Positions 26,357 through 35,175 of a stretch of 37,631 nt of DNA are shown here, piece by piece. Under the pieces are notes generated by a model. That model was given only the letters and a program-made list of their open reading frames with translations, was not told the origin of the DNA and did not search any database. The DNA lies in the NCBI GenBank assembly GCA_038065515.1, contig JBBTQV010000017.1:1-37631 (forward strand). Reading direction: 5' to 3'. Position numbers and translations under genes: made by a program. Every line of letters begins with the position of its first letter. Position 1 is the first letter of the stretch. Source of the DNA: Patescibacteria group bacterium (lineage in GTDB: Bacteria > Patescibacteriota > Minisyncoccia > 2-02-FULL-40-12 > GWA2-44-9).

Positions 26357-27739
26357 ATGTCATCCGTAACCCACGAAGATATTTGGAAAGCGGTGCTCGG
26401 AGAAATGGAGCTTTCAGTTTCCCGTGCGCATTTCTCAACGTGGTTTAAGAATACCACCGTCATCGCGCGCGATCAGAACTCAATGACCGTCAGTGTGCCG
26501 AACGGTTTTGTGAAAGAGTGGCTTGAAAATAAATTCAACCGCCAAATTCTCACCTCTATCCACAAACTTTCCAATGAAATCCGCGAGGTGAAGTATGTTA
26601 TCGGCCTGCCGAAACCCGAACCATTGCGGCAGGACATCTCAAAAATTATTATTGAAAAAGAATTCCAAGAGCAGACCACCGCTGATCAGAGCCAAGAAAT
26701 CGATAAAATCACTCACCTGAACAAAAAGTATTCGTTCGATTCGTTCATCGTCGGCTCTTCCAATGAATTCACTTTCGCTTGCTCACAGGCGGTTGCCGCA
26801 AGCCCCGGCAAGCACTACAATCCGCTCTTTCTCTATGGCGGTGTCGGTCTGGGGAAAACCCATCTCATCCAATCAATAGGAAATCAGGTGCTCCGCGATT
26901 GGCCCGACAAGAAGGTTCTGTATACCACGGGCGAGAAGCTCACCGCCACCATCGTCGAGTCGATCCGTAACCGCACCATTGAAGATATTAAAACACTCTA
27001 CTCGCGCCTTGATCTCCTTATCATCGATGATATTCAGTATATCGCGGGAAAAGATAAGACACAGGAAATCGTGTTCACTATTTTCAATGAGCTTCACAAC
27101 CGCAACAAACAGGTTGTCTGCACATCGGACCGTCCTCCCAAAGCGATTCCCGCTATCGAGGAGCGCCTCCAGTCACGGCTCGAAGGGGGAATGCTTGCGG
27201 AGATCAACATGCCGGACTTTGAAACACGGTTGGCGATTCTCAAATCAAAGGCGGTCGAAAAAACAAGTCAGCTAAGCGACGAAGTCCTTTCCTATATTGC
27301 AACCCACATCCAAAAAAATGTCCGTGAGCTCGAAGGGGCGCTCAACCGCGTCGTCGCGCTCTCCCAAATCTACAACCGCATACCAGATCTTAAGGAGGTT
27401 AAAAACATCCTGAATGCCTATCTTGCCATCCCGTACCGCAAAACCTCTCCCCAAGTCATCCTAAAGACCGTGGCGGATTTCTATAGTGTCGCCTCGGCAG
27501 ACCTGACGAAGAGGAGTAGGAAGAAAGAAATCGTAAAACCCCGCCAAGTTGCCATGTATCTCCTGCGTGAAGAGATTAAGCTTTCTTTCCCCGAGATCGG
27601 GCAAAAACTGGGTGGCCGCGACCACTCTACCGTGATTCATGCGTGTGAAAAAATCCGGAGAGAAGAAGGGGTGGATGAGCCGCTGAAGAACGAGTTAGTT
27701 ATGATCCGTCAGCGTATTTACGACTCTTTCGATCGCTGA
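26357..27739 (+). CDS. dnaA: Chromosomal replication initiator
   Basis: [49 protein letters not shown]. Confidence 0.98.
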   Translation: MSSVTHEDIWKAVLGEMELSVSRAHFSTWFKNTTVIARDQNSMTVSVPNGFVKEWLENKFNRQILTSIHKLSNEIREVKYVIGLPKPEPLRQDISKIIIEKEFQEQTTADQSQEIDKITHLNKKYSFDSFIVGSSNEFTFACSQAVAASPGKHYNPLFLYGGVGLGKTHLIQSIGNQVLRDWPDKKVLYTTGEKLTATIVESIRNRTIEDIKTLYSRLDLLIIDDIQYIAGKDKTQEIVFTIFNELHNRNKQVVCTSDRPPKAIPAIEERLQSRLEGGMLAEINMPDFETRLAILKSKAVEKTSQLSDEVLSYIATHIQKNVRELEGALNRVVALSQIYNRIPDLKEVKNILNAYLAIPYRKTSPQVILKTVADFYSVASADLTKRSRKKEIVKPRQVAMYLLREEIKLSFPEIGQKLGGRDHSTVIHACEKIRREEGVDEPLKNELVMIRQRIYDSFDR

Positions 27740-27950
27740 CGAATAAGGTGTGGAGAAGCCTGCGTATAATCCGGGAAAGAAAAATAAGCTCCGAGGTTAT
27801 CAGTGTCGGATCAATAGTTATCCTATGCGCGTCCACAACAACAAAGAGGCACATATCGTATACGGGACATGATAAAAGAGATGATCATCCCCATATCCAC
27901 AAGTGTAGTAGTAAGTAGTAGTATATAAATATCTTATTAATACAGAACAG
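27740..27950. other. Replication origin oriC
   Basis: DnaA-box-like TGTGGAGAA (27749), TGCGTATAA (27761), ATATCCACA (27893), then TAG-type trios and AT-rich DUE, between dnaA and dnaN. Confidence 0.85.
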
Positions 27951-29042
27951 ATGAAAGCACTGGTACACAAAACACGACTTCAGCGGGCGCTCGGATTTGT
28001 TGACCGGGTCACTTCACGCAACGCAACATTGCCCATCTTGAGTAATATACTCTTGCGCACTGAAAACGGCCGTATCCGTGTGTCTGCGACGAATCTTGAA
28101 GTCGGAGTGAGCTCAGTCATCGGTGCGAAAGTGGATTCTGAAGGTCAGGTTGCCGTGCCCGGCAAGATGCTTGCGGATTTCGTACGGAGTGCGCCCGGGG
28201 AGAATGTTGTCCTTGACCTCAAGCAAAACACACTCTCCGCACAGGCCGGCTCGTACCGGACGACTATTCTGTGTTTCGACGCGGCGGAGTATCCTATCAC
28301 CCCGAAAGTGGAGGGGGGTCACCAGTACAGTGTGCCGGTCGGAATATTGCGCCAACTTATCGGTTCCGTGTCAGACTCTATCGCGTCATCAGATTCCAGG
28401 CCGGAACTTGCAGGAGCATTTCTGCGGTTCGATAACAATGAGATCGTGATGGCCTCAACAGACATCTTCCGCCTCGCAGAGCGCAAAGCAGTGGGACAGT
28501 ATGCGACTTCCAGTTCCGTTATTGTTCCCCGGGGTACCATTTCCGAACTCGGACGCATTCTGGGAGACATCGACGGCGATGTAATGGTGCGCGTTGCGGA
28601 TAACCAGATATCATTCTCCCATGAAGAATTTGAGATTGTATCGAGGCTCATTGACGGCCGTTATCCGGACTACCGGAAGGTAATTCCCGAACGGGCACTT
28701 GCGAAGGTACTGGTGCGCCGCGACGACCTGGAGAACGCAGCAAAAGTTGCAGCACTGTTCTCTTCGAGTATTTCTGATATCAAACTGGAATGCGATGGAC
28801 AGGGTCTGCGCATCAGCGGAAAGAATTCCAGTAAAGGAGAAGCGTTGGCCGGAGTGGAGGCGAACCTCAAGGGAGACCCCTTTGATGTCTCAATGAATTT
28901 TCATTATTTTCTCGACGGGCTCAAGGCGGTCCAAACGGACAAAGTGATCCTAGAGTTTACCGGGAAGGGGAGTCCCTTTGTGATGCGACCAGACACAGAC
29001 GAGCGTGAGTCTGTGTATCTCATTATGCCCCTGCGGAGCTGA
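27951..29042 (+). CDS. dnaN: DNA polymerase III beta clamp
   Basis: PILSNILL, ATNLE, SRPELAG, STD.FRLAE, SRLIDGRYPDY, YLIMPLR. Confidence 0.97.
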   Translation: MKALVHKTRLQRALGFVDRVTSRNATLPILSNILLRTENGRIRVSATNLEVGVSSVIGAKVDSEGQVAVPGKMLADFVRSAPGENVVLDLKQNTLSAQAGSYRTTILCFDAAEYPITPKVEGGHQYSVPVGILRQLIGSVSDSIASSDSRPELAGAFLRFDNNEIVMASTDIFRLAERKAVGQYATSSSVIVPRGTISELGRILGDIDGDVMVRVADNQISFSHEEFEIVSRLIDGRYPDYRKVIPERALAKVLVRRDDLENAAKVAALFSSSISDIKLECDGQGLRISGKNSSKGEALAGVEANLKGDPFDVSMNFHYFLDGLKAVQTDKVILEFTGKGSPFVMRPDTDERESVYLIMPLRS

Positions 29043-29323
29043 TGTTTAAATCAATACAAAGCGCACTTAGCCGGCGCCAACAATCGGTAGGCCGGCAAGA
29101 AAATGTCGCTGACATTACCCAGCAGGCGGTTTTGGAGTTTCTGCAACAGGGTTACTCCGATACCTCCGCCCGTATTTCGGTGCGTTATCAGGATGCGGAC
29201 GGCACGCTCATTATTGTGACACCGAACAAAACACTCGCGGGAGAGTTAATGTTGCACACACCGGAACTCCGGGCATATCTCATTTCACGAACTATCCGCA
29301 TTGAGCGGATAGTTGTGCGGTAG
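29042..29323 (+). CDS. DciA/DUF721-like protein
   Basis: TLIIVTPNKTLAGELML...LRAYL...IERIVVR resembles the DUF721 KH-like core; coupled to dnaN. Confidence 0.6.
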   Translation: MFKSIQSALSRRQQSVGRQENVADITQQAVLEFLQQGYSDTSARISVRYQDADGTLIIVTPNKTLAGELMLHTPELRAYLISRTIRIERIVVR

Positions 29324-29326
29324 TCT

Positions 29327-31453
29327 CTAGAAACCGGAATACGAACGGACAGCCCACTCCCAGTTCGCATAGTGCGGATCAATCTCGGGTGTCGGGGGGA
29401 TTGGTCCAAGCGGATCGTCTTTCGACACGAAATACAGAATCGAATGTGTATCAGGTGTGCCATTGAGCATCGCCTTACTCGTGATAATGGGGTCGGGTTT
29501 AACGAATGTTTCAGCGGGGGAATCCTTGAGAGCTGCGTTTATGAACGCATTCCATAGTGGCCCCGATGCGCTGATACCGGCGCCGGCTGCCGTCATGGAT
29601 TGATTGTGGTTGTTTCCCACCCAGACACCTACCGCAATCGAAGGCGTGTACCCGACAACCCACGCATCCCTATTCTCTTGTGTGGTGCCCGTTTTGGCGG
29701 CCACATCGCGTCCGGGAAGGTAGAGGGAGTTGATGAAGCCGAACGCCGGAGCACGGGCGTTGTTGTCGCTAAGCACATCACTGACCAGGCGGGCGGTTTG
29801 GGGGTCTAAGACACGCTCTGAATCTATGTGCCGTTCTTCCAGCAGTGTTCCGCCGCTGACCTCAATGCGTTGCATGAATCCCCACGGCACACGGACTCCT
29901 TCATTGGCGAACACGCCGTACGCGGAGACAAGATCAATGGGGCGGACTTCTGCGCCGCCGAGCACCAGCGAGAGGCCGAACCGCGAACGATCGCCCAGTG
30001 TAGTGATGCCCATGCGGGTCGCCAGATCGATAACCGAATCAATACCCGCGAGGTAGAGTGTTTTTACCGAGGGGACATTCAGCGACCGCGCAAGTGACTG
30101 TCTCATAGTCACCGGCCCGGAGAATGTGCCGCTGTAATTTCTCGGGTGGTAGCAATCCTGACCGGTGGGATCTTTTGTGCCCGAAGCGTCGGGCGGACAC
30201 AGAGGATTGAATTCTGTTTTCACATCCCACAATACTGTGCTGTCAGGATATCCTTTGGCAAATGCGGCGGCATATGCAAAGGGTTTAAACGCGGAACCAG
30301 GCTGTCGTTGTGCAGTGACCACATTGTAGTTTCCTTCATTGTCGACATTAAAGTAATCAGCAGAACCAACCAACGCGCGCACCTCACCCGTCTTCGGGTC
30401 AATAGCAACCAATGCCGCATTCGTTGCTTTGTACTTTTCGTTGATCTTCGCGTATTTTGCCACCAACTCTTCTGCTTTTTTCTGTAATTCCGCGTCGAGC
30501 GTTGTGATAATCTTGAATCCGCCGCTGGATACGATATCCGCACCGTATTTAGAGGTGACATACTCACGCGCCATGGCAACAAAATGCGGAGCTGAAATTG
30601 AGGCGGATTTCGGTTTAAACTCCAACCGTACCGCCAATGTATCACGGTACTGTTGTTCGTTAATCGAATTCAATTGACGCATGCGGCCAAGGACATAGTC
30701 CTTCCGTGCCAGCAGTTCATCCAGATGTGCTCTGTACGGGGAAAGATACGATGGCCGCTGTACCATCGCGGCGAGCGCGGCGGCTTGTGCCAGCGAAAGA
30801 TCGGACGCGGGGATGCCGAAGTAAGTCTGACTCGCTGATTCAATGCCGTACGCGTTTGAGCCGTAGGGGACCTGATTCAGATACATCTCAAAAATCTGAT
30901 CCTTCGTGAATCTCCGTTCAACTTCGATCGCCAAAATAAGCTCCTGAACTTTACGCATCATATTCTTCTCGCGTCCCACAAGCGCATTGCCGACGAGCTG
31001 TTGGGTGAGAGTGGACCCTCCTTGTGCCGCACCGCCAATAAGTAAGTCATTATAAACGGAACGAGCGATTCCTTTGAGATCGAATCCCTTGTGTTCATAA
31101 AAACCACTGTCTTCGACGGCCAGAGTGGCTTTCTTAATGGTCTCGTTTATCTTATCCCAAGCGACAACGGTCCGACGCTCTTCATCGTAGATGTCGTACA
31201 ACACCACGGTGCCGGTCCGGTCGTAGATTTTCGTCGACTCTTTCACCTGACGCGAGACAATCGATTCAGGATCGGGGACCTTGCTTTTTGCGTATAAAAT
31301 AAACAGCGAAACACCGATGATGCCGAGTGTTACCACCCATGCCACGAGCACAAGAACATGGGACAACCATGTTCGCCAAGAAGTGCGACCACGGCGGATG
31401 CGCCGCGTCAGCGGTTTTATGCTCGATATACGAAGCCAGGGAGTATAGGGCAT
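29327..31453 (-). CDS. Class A penicillin-binding protein (PBP1A family)
   Basis: EDSGFYEHKG, GGSTLTQQL, RKVQE; SAFK, SLN, KTGT motifs; start at MPYTPW. Confidence 0.95.
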   Translation of the reverse strand: MPYTPWLRISSIKPLTRRIRRGRTSWRTWLSHVLVLVAWVVTLGIIGVSLFILYAKSKVPDPESIVSRQVKESTKIYDRTGTVVLYDIYDEERRTVVAWDKINETIKKATLAVEDSGFYEHKGFDLKGIARSVYNDLLIGGAAQGGSTLTQQLVGNALVGREKNMMRKVQELILAIEVERRFTKDQIFEMYLNQVPYGSNAYGIESASQTYFGIPASDLSLAQAAALAAMVQRPSYLSPYRAHLDELLARKDYVLGRMRQLNSINEQQYRDTLAVRLEFKPKSASISAPHFVAMAREYVTSKYGADIVSSGGFKIITTLDAELQKKAEELVAKYAKINEKYKATNAALVAIDPKTGEVRALVGSADYFNVDNEGNYNVVTAQRQPGSAFKPFAYAAAFAKGYPDSTVLWDVKTEFNPLCPPDASGTKDPTGQDCYHPRNYSGTFSGPVTMRQSLARSLNVPSVKTLYLAGIDSVIDLATRMGITTLGDRSRFGLSLVLGGAEVRPIDLVSAYGVFANEGVRVPWGFMQRIEVSGGTLLEERHIDSERVLDPQTARLVSDVLSDNNARAPAFGFINSLYLPGRDVAAKTGTTQENRDAWVVGYTPSIAVGVWVGNNHNQSMTAAGAGISASGPLWNAFINAALKDSPAETFVKPDPIITSKAMLNGTPDTHSILYFVSKDDPLGPIPPTPEIDPHYANWEWAVRSYSGF

Positions 31454-31518
31454 GCAAGGCGAATATACCACAAAAAATGCGTATTTACAATGATTCCCGA
31501 TGACGGTACAATGATTCA

Positions 31519-32661
31519 ATGACATCAGAAGAACGACAGTCGTATGTGGCTGGTATGCTCCGACGGCGTGTCGAAGCGGTCTACCCGTCCGAGAAAGAAG
31601 TTGCGGTCCGTTTGGCCGGAGCCGAACGGCTGACTATCTATCTTGGTATTGATCCGACCGGGGCGGAGATTCATCTCGGCCACACCATTCCGTTGCTACT
31701 ATTGAAAGAGTTGTTCGCGCTCGGGCATGATGCTGTTTTGCTCATCGGGGATTTTACCGCGCGCATAGGAGATCCGACAGGAAAAGATGCCGCGCGCGTT
31801 GTGCTGACCCCCGAACAGATAGACCAGAACATGGCAACCTACGGAGAGCAGGCAAAAAAGATTATTCCGGAAACGGCGTTCCGTATTGCCTACAACAGTG
31901 AGTGGCTCGGAGCGTTGAATATGGAGCAGATTCTCCGCCTCACGAGTATGGTGACGGTTCAACAAATGCTGCAGCGCGACATGTTTCAAGTCCGCCAGAA
32001 GGAAGGGCGTCCGATATACCTCAACGAATTCTTGTATCCGCTCATGCAGGGATATGATTCGGTTGCATTGCGCACCGATGGTGAGATTGGCGGCAATGAT
32101 CAGACATTCAACATGCTAATGGGGCGCGAGCTGGAGCGCGAATTGTTGGGCAAAGATAAGTTCGTGATTACCACTAAGCTTCTCGTTGATGTCGCTACCG
32201 GCAGAAAAATGAGTAAGTCTGAAGGTGCGCTCATTGCCATCAATGACTCCGCGCAGGAGATTCGTCGGAAGATTCTTGCTGTCGATGACGGTATGATAAA
32301 AACGATTTTTGAATTATGCACGGAAAAGAATCAAGAATGGATCAGCCAGCGACAGGCGATGGTTGATGCAGGGGAGAATCCGAAGCAGTTCAAAGAAGAG
32401 CTTGCCGCAGAACTGATACAGATGTATCACGGCAGTGAAGCGGTGGGTCAAGCAGATCAGGCCATAGAAATACGGCAGACAGGATCGCTGGAACAGGTAC
32501 TCAAAGAGTCCGGCCTCGTTTCTTCCCTCGGAGAGGCAAAGCGGCTGGTCGGACAGGGTGCGGTTCAGGTGAACGGGGAACGGGTCGAGCGGTGGGATAT
32601 CATCATACAAATAGGGGACGAGATACGAGTCGGAAAAGGAAAATTCGTCCGCGTCGTCTGA
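31519..32661 (+). CDS. tyrS: Tyrosine--tRNA ligase
   Basis: GIDPT..EIHLGH, YPLMQGYD, GGNDQ, KMSKS, C-terminal S4 domain. Confidence 0.96.
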   Translation: MTSEERQSYVAGMLRRRVEAVYPSEKEVAVRLAGAERLTIYLGIDPTGAEIHLGHTIPLLLLKELFALGHDAVLLIGDFTARIGDPTGKDAARVVLTPEQIDQNMATYGEQAKKIIPETAFRIAYNSEWLGALNMEQILRLTSMVTVQQMLQRDMFQVRQKEGRPIYLNEFLYPLMQGYDSVALRTDGEIGGNDQTFNMLMGRELERELLGKDKFVITTKLLVDVATGRKMSKSEGALIAINDSAQEIRRKILAVDDGMIKTIFELCTEKNQEWISQRQAMVDAGENPKQFKEELAAELIQMYHGSEAVGQADQAIEIRQTGSLEQVLKESGLVSSLGEAKRLVGQGAVQVNGERVERWDIIIQIGDEIRVGKGKFVRVV

Positions 32662-32664
32662 TAC

Positions 32665-32692
32665 AGAACACCCCGGAAACCCGGGGTGTTCT
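32665..32692. terminator. Bidirectional intrinsic terminator
   Basis: AGAACACCCCGG-AAAC-CCGGGGTGTTCT followed by T run. Confidence 0.8.
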
Positions 32693-32693
32693 T

Positions 32694-32837
32694 TTAGAGG
32701 GGCACATCTTCATCTTCCTCATCTTCTTCCTCTTCCTGCTTCATTTTTTCTTCTTCTTCATCCTCTTCGTCCTTGTCGTCGAATTCTTCTTCAACAGGCT
32801 CTTCCACGGCACTGAATAGATAGGCATCTTCGTTCAT
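32694..32837 (-). CDS. 47-aa hyper-acidic small protein (absent from ORF track)
   Basis: MNEDAYLFSAVEEPVEEEFDDKDEEDEEEEKMKQEEEEDEEDEDVPL; own TTGACA-N16-TACAAT promoter and terminator. Confidence 0.75.
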   Translation of the reverse strand: MNEDAYLFSAVEEPVEEEFDDKDEEDEEEEKMKQEEEEDEEDEDVPL

Positions 32838-32867
32838 GGCGTTATTGTAGGCAGTCGGCTGTTGATG

Positions 32868-33341
32868 TCAATACTTCTGCCGGGCGGTCGAGCAGCACAA
32901 CGCAAGCGCAAGCGCATCAGCGGCGTCGTCAGGGCTGATTTTTTCCTTGATATGCAATAACATCCGCACCATATCCTGCACCTGTGGTTTCTTTGCCTGT
33001 CCGTTTCCACAGACACCACGCTTTACTTGTTGCGGCGTGAATTCGACCACAGGAATCCCGTGTTGCGCCAGCGTGAGCATGATGACTCCGCGCATTTCCG
33101 CGACCGCCATCGCGGTTTTTGCGTTATTCATAAAGAACAGGCGCTCAACACCCGCGGACTGCGGTTTGTATGAAGTGATGAGGTCGGCAAGTGCAATGGC
33201 GGTCGCTTGTTTGTCTGCCACCGAGTCGGTTCCCGGATTACGGAATACGCCCCAGGTCAGAGGCCGTAGCGAACTACCGACGTCTTCGACGATACCATAG
33301 CCGATAATCGTGGTTCCTGGATCAATGCCAAGGTAGCGCAT
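32868..33341 (-). CDS. ruvC: Holliday junction resolvase
   Basis: LGIDPG, ERLFF, GNGQAKK, DDAADALA. Confidence 0.96.
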   Translation of the reverse strand: MRYLGIDPGTTIIGYGIVEDVGSSLRPLTWGVFRNPGTDSVADKQATAIALADLITSYKPQSAGVERLFFMNNAKTAMAVAEMRGVIMLTLAQHGIPVVEFTPQQVKRGVCGNGQAKKPQVQDMVRMLLHIKEKISPDDAADALALALCCSTARQKY

Positions 33342-33350
33342 TCAATGTTG

Positions 33351-33887
33351 TTAGGAGTCTGCGTTGGTGAACACATTTTGCACATCCTCGTGTTCCTCGA
33401 GCGCCTTGATGAGTGTGTCTAGGAGTGAGCGCTCGTTGAGGTCGGTAACCGGAATAATTGTTGTCGGTGTCAGCATTCCCGGCAATCGCACGAACATCCA
33501 GAGCACCGAACCCCGGCCGACCATCCGGCCGCCGAGTTTTACGGCGAGCTGCTTGAGGTCATTGATGGTGCGATTGCTGTTGTCGGTGATGGCGTTGACC
33601 ACGATTGCCGCGCCGCCGGGACCTATGAGCTCGAGTTGCACCTCTATCAGGGCAGAGGCGCTCTTATCCACGACGCGCCTGATTGCCCGTTCGATATTTT
33701 CACTCGGCATGTTCACTTCGCGCGCCCGTTCGATTTCAGCCTTCAACCGGAGATTGGAAGACGGGTCTGGATTATCGCGTGCGGCAATGGAGATTGCGCG
33801 AGCAATCTTTCCGAAGGTGACGCCCTTCTTGGCATCGGCGACACCTTTCTTATGTTTGATTTGGGACCACTTTGAGTGACCAGACAT
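33351..33887 (-). CDS. yebC: YebC/PmpR family protein, short form
   Basis: MSGHSKWSQIKHKK, GPGG, TDNSNRT, EDVQNVFTN; 178 aa. Confidence 0.92.
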   Translation of the reverse strand: MSGHSKWSQIKHKKGVADAKKGVTFGKIARAISIAARDNPDPSSNLRLKAEIERAREVNMPSENIERAIRRVVDKSASALIEVQLELIGPGGAAIVVNAITDNSNRTINDLKQLAVKLGGRMVGRGSVLWMFVRLPGMLTPTTIIPVTDLNERSLLDTLIKALEEHEDVQNVFTNADS

Positions 33888-33914
33888 AACAAACCAAGCA
33901 TAGCCGAGCGGGCA

Positions 33915-34937
33915 TCAGAAATCCAGCTTCAGGGACGCTGGATCGGGCACGCCGACATGGTCACGCCCCGCTTTTGTGATGACGCGCCCCTTGGTGGTGC
34001 GGGCGATGAAGCCCAGGCGCATCAGATACGGCTCGTAGACATCTTCAACGGTACTTTCTTCTTCGGAAATTGACGCGGCAATTGATTTCAAACCGACCGG
34101 ACCACCGCTAAATGTCGTCGCGATGGCGAGTAGTATTTTCCGGTCAGTTTCTTCTAGGCCCTGCGGGTCTACTTCGAGCATCCGAAGCGCTGCCTGCGCG
34201 GTCGGTTCGTCGATGGTCGCGATGTTGTGCACCTGCGCATAATCACGAACGCGCTTGAGAAGCCGGTTGGCAACGCGCGGAGTGGCACGCGCCGAGCGGG
34301 CGATAAGTGTGAGCGCAGGCTTGGTGACCGTGATACCCAACAATCCGGCAGAGCGAGTGATGATGCGCTCGATTTCGTCCGGCGTGTAGTACTCGAGACG
34401 GAAGCTAGAACCGAATCGGGAGCGAAACGGCGCCGAAAGCATCGATATTTTGGTGGTTGCGGCGACCAGCGTGAATCGGGGGAGATCGATTTGGAGTGTC
34501 TTCGCCGCGTTGCCCTTGCCGATGACGATGTCGAGCTTGAAGTTCTCCATTGCCGGATAGATGACTTCTTCAACCATCTTGTTGAGACGGTGAACCTCAT
34601 CGATGAACAGCACATCACCGTCCGACAGCCCCGTGAGAATTGAGCCCACATCGCCGGCTTTCTCCAGAGCTGTTCCGGATGTCATGCGCATGTTAGCGTT
34701 GAGCTCACGGGCGACCAGATAGGCCAGCGTCGTCTTGCCCAGACCCGAAGGACCATGCAGGAGGACATGCTCGGGAGTCTCATTGCGCTTTTTGGCCGCA
34801 CCCAGTACGATACGAAGGTTTTCCTTCGCTTTCTCCTGCCCGACATACTCCGCGAAGCTCTTCGGACGAAGGGTCAGGTCGAGCAATTGGTCGTCAGGAC
34901 CGCTCTGGGGGATAGTTTGGGGGTCCTTGACATTCAT
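33915..34937 (-). CDS. ruvB: Holliday junction branch-migration helicase
   Basis: LRPKSFAEYVGQ, GPSGLGKTTLA, FIDEVHR, YPAMENF, YEPYL; start at MNVKDP. Confidence 0.97.
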   Translation of the reverse strand: MNVKDPQTIPQSGPDDQLLDLTLRPKSFAEYVGQEKAKENLRIVLGAAKKRNETPEHVLLHGPSGLGKTTLAYLVARELNANMRMTSGTALEKAGDVGSILTGLSDGDVLFIDEVHRLNKMVEEVIYPAMENFKLDIVIGKGNAAKTLQIDLPRFTLVAATTKISMLSAPFRSRFGSSFRLEYYTPDEIERIITRSAGLLGITVTKPALTLIARSARATPRVANRLLKRVRDYAQVHNIATIDEPTAQAALRMLEVDPQGLEETDRKILLAIATTFSGGPVGLKSIAASISEEESTVEDVYEPYLMRLGFIARTTKGRVITKAGRDHVGVPDPASLKLDF

Positions 34938-34950
34938 AACAAATACTGTA

Positions 34951-34978
34951 AACTTATAACTAACAACTAACAACTTCA
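34951..34978. repeat. Solo 7-bp tandem array
   Basis: AACTTAT AACTAAC AACTAAC AACTTCA. Confidence 0.7.
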
Positions 34979-34980
34979 GC

Positions 34981-35150
34981 AAGGACCTCTATAATCTGTA
35001 GGCAACTGAACCCAGTGTGCTAAACATGCCGGTTCAGTCGGGATACTCTCTTAGCTCGGAAGATTCGGTTTCGACTGGATCTCTCCTCGGAATTATCCTG
35101 TCCCGTGACCCTATGGTCGTGGATATTGCCTACAGGTTATAAAGGTTCTT
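34981..35150 (-). ncRNA. 6S RNA-like long hairpin
   Basis: ~170 nt with closing stem (AAGAACCTTTATAACCTGTAGGCAA / TTGCCTACAGATTATAGAGGTCCTT) and 3' ACTGAACC...GGTTCAGT hairpin. Confidence 0.65.
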
Positions 35151-35175
35151 CGCTGTCCCAGCGTCCTGTCGAGGA

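Noticed and set aside
32592-32819. Phe-rich 75-aa plus-strand ORF
   Set aside because: Antisense shadow of the GAA-rich acidic ORF; crosses a terminator
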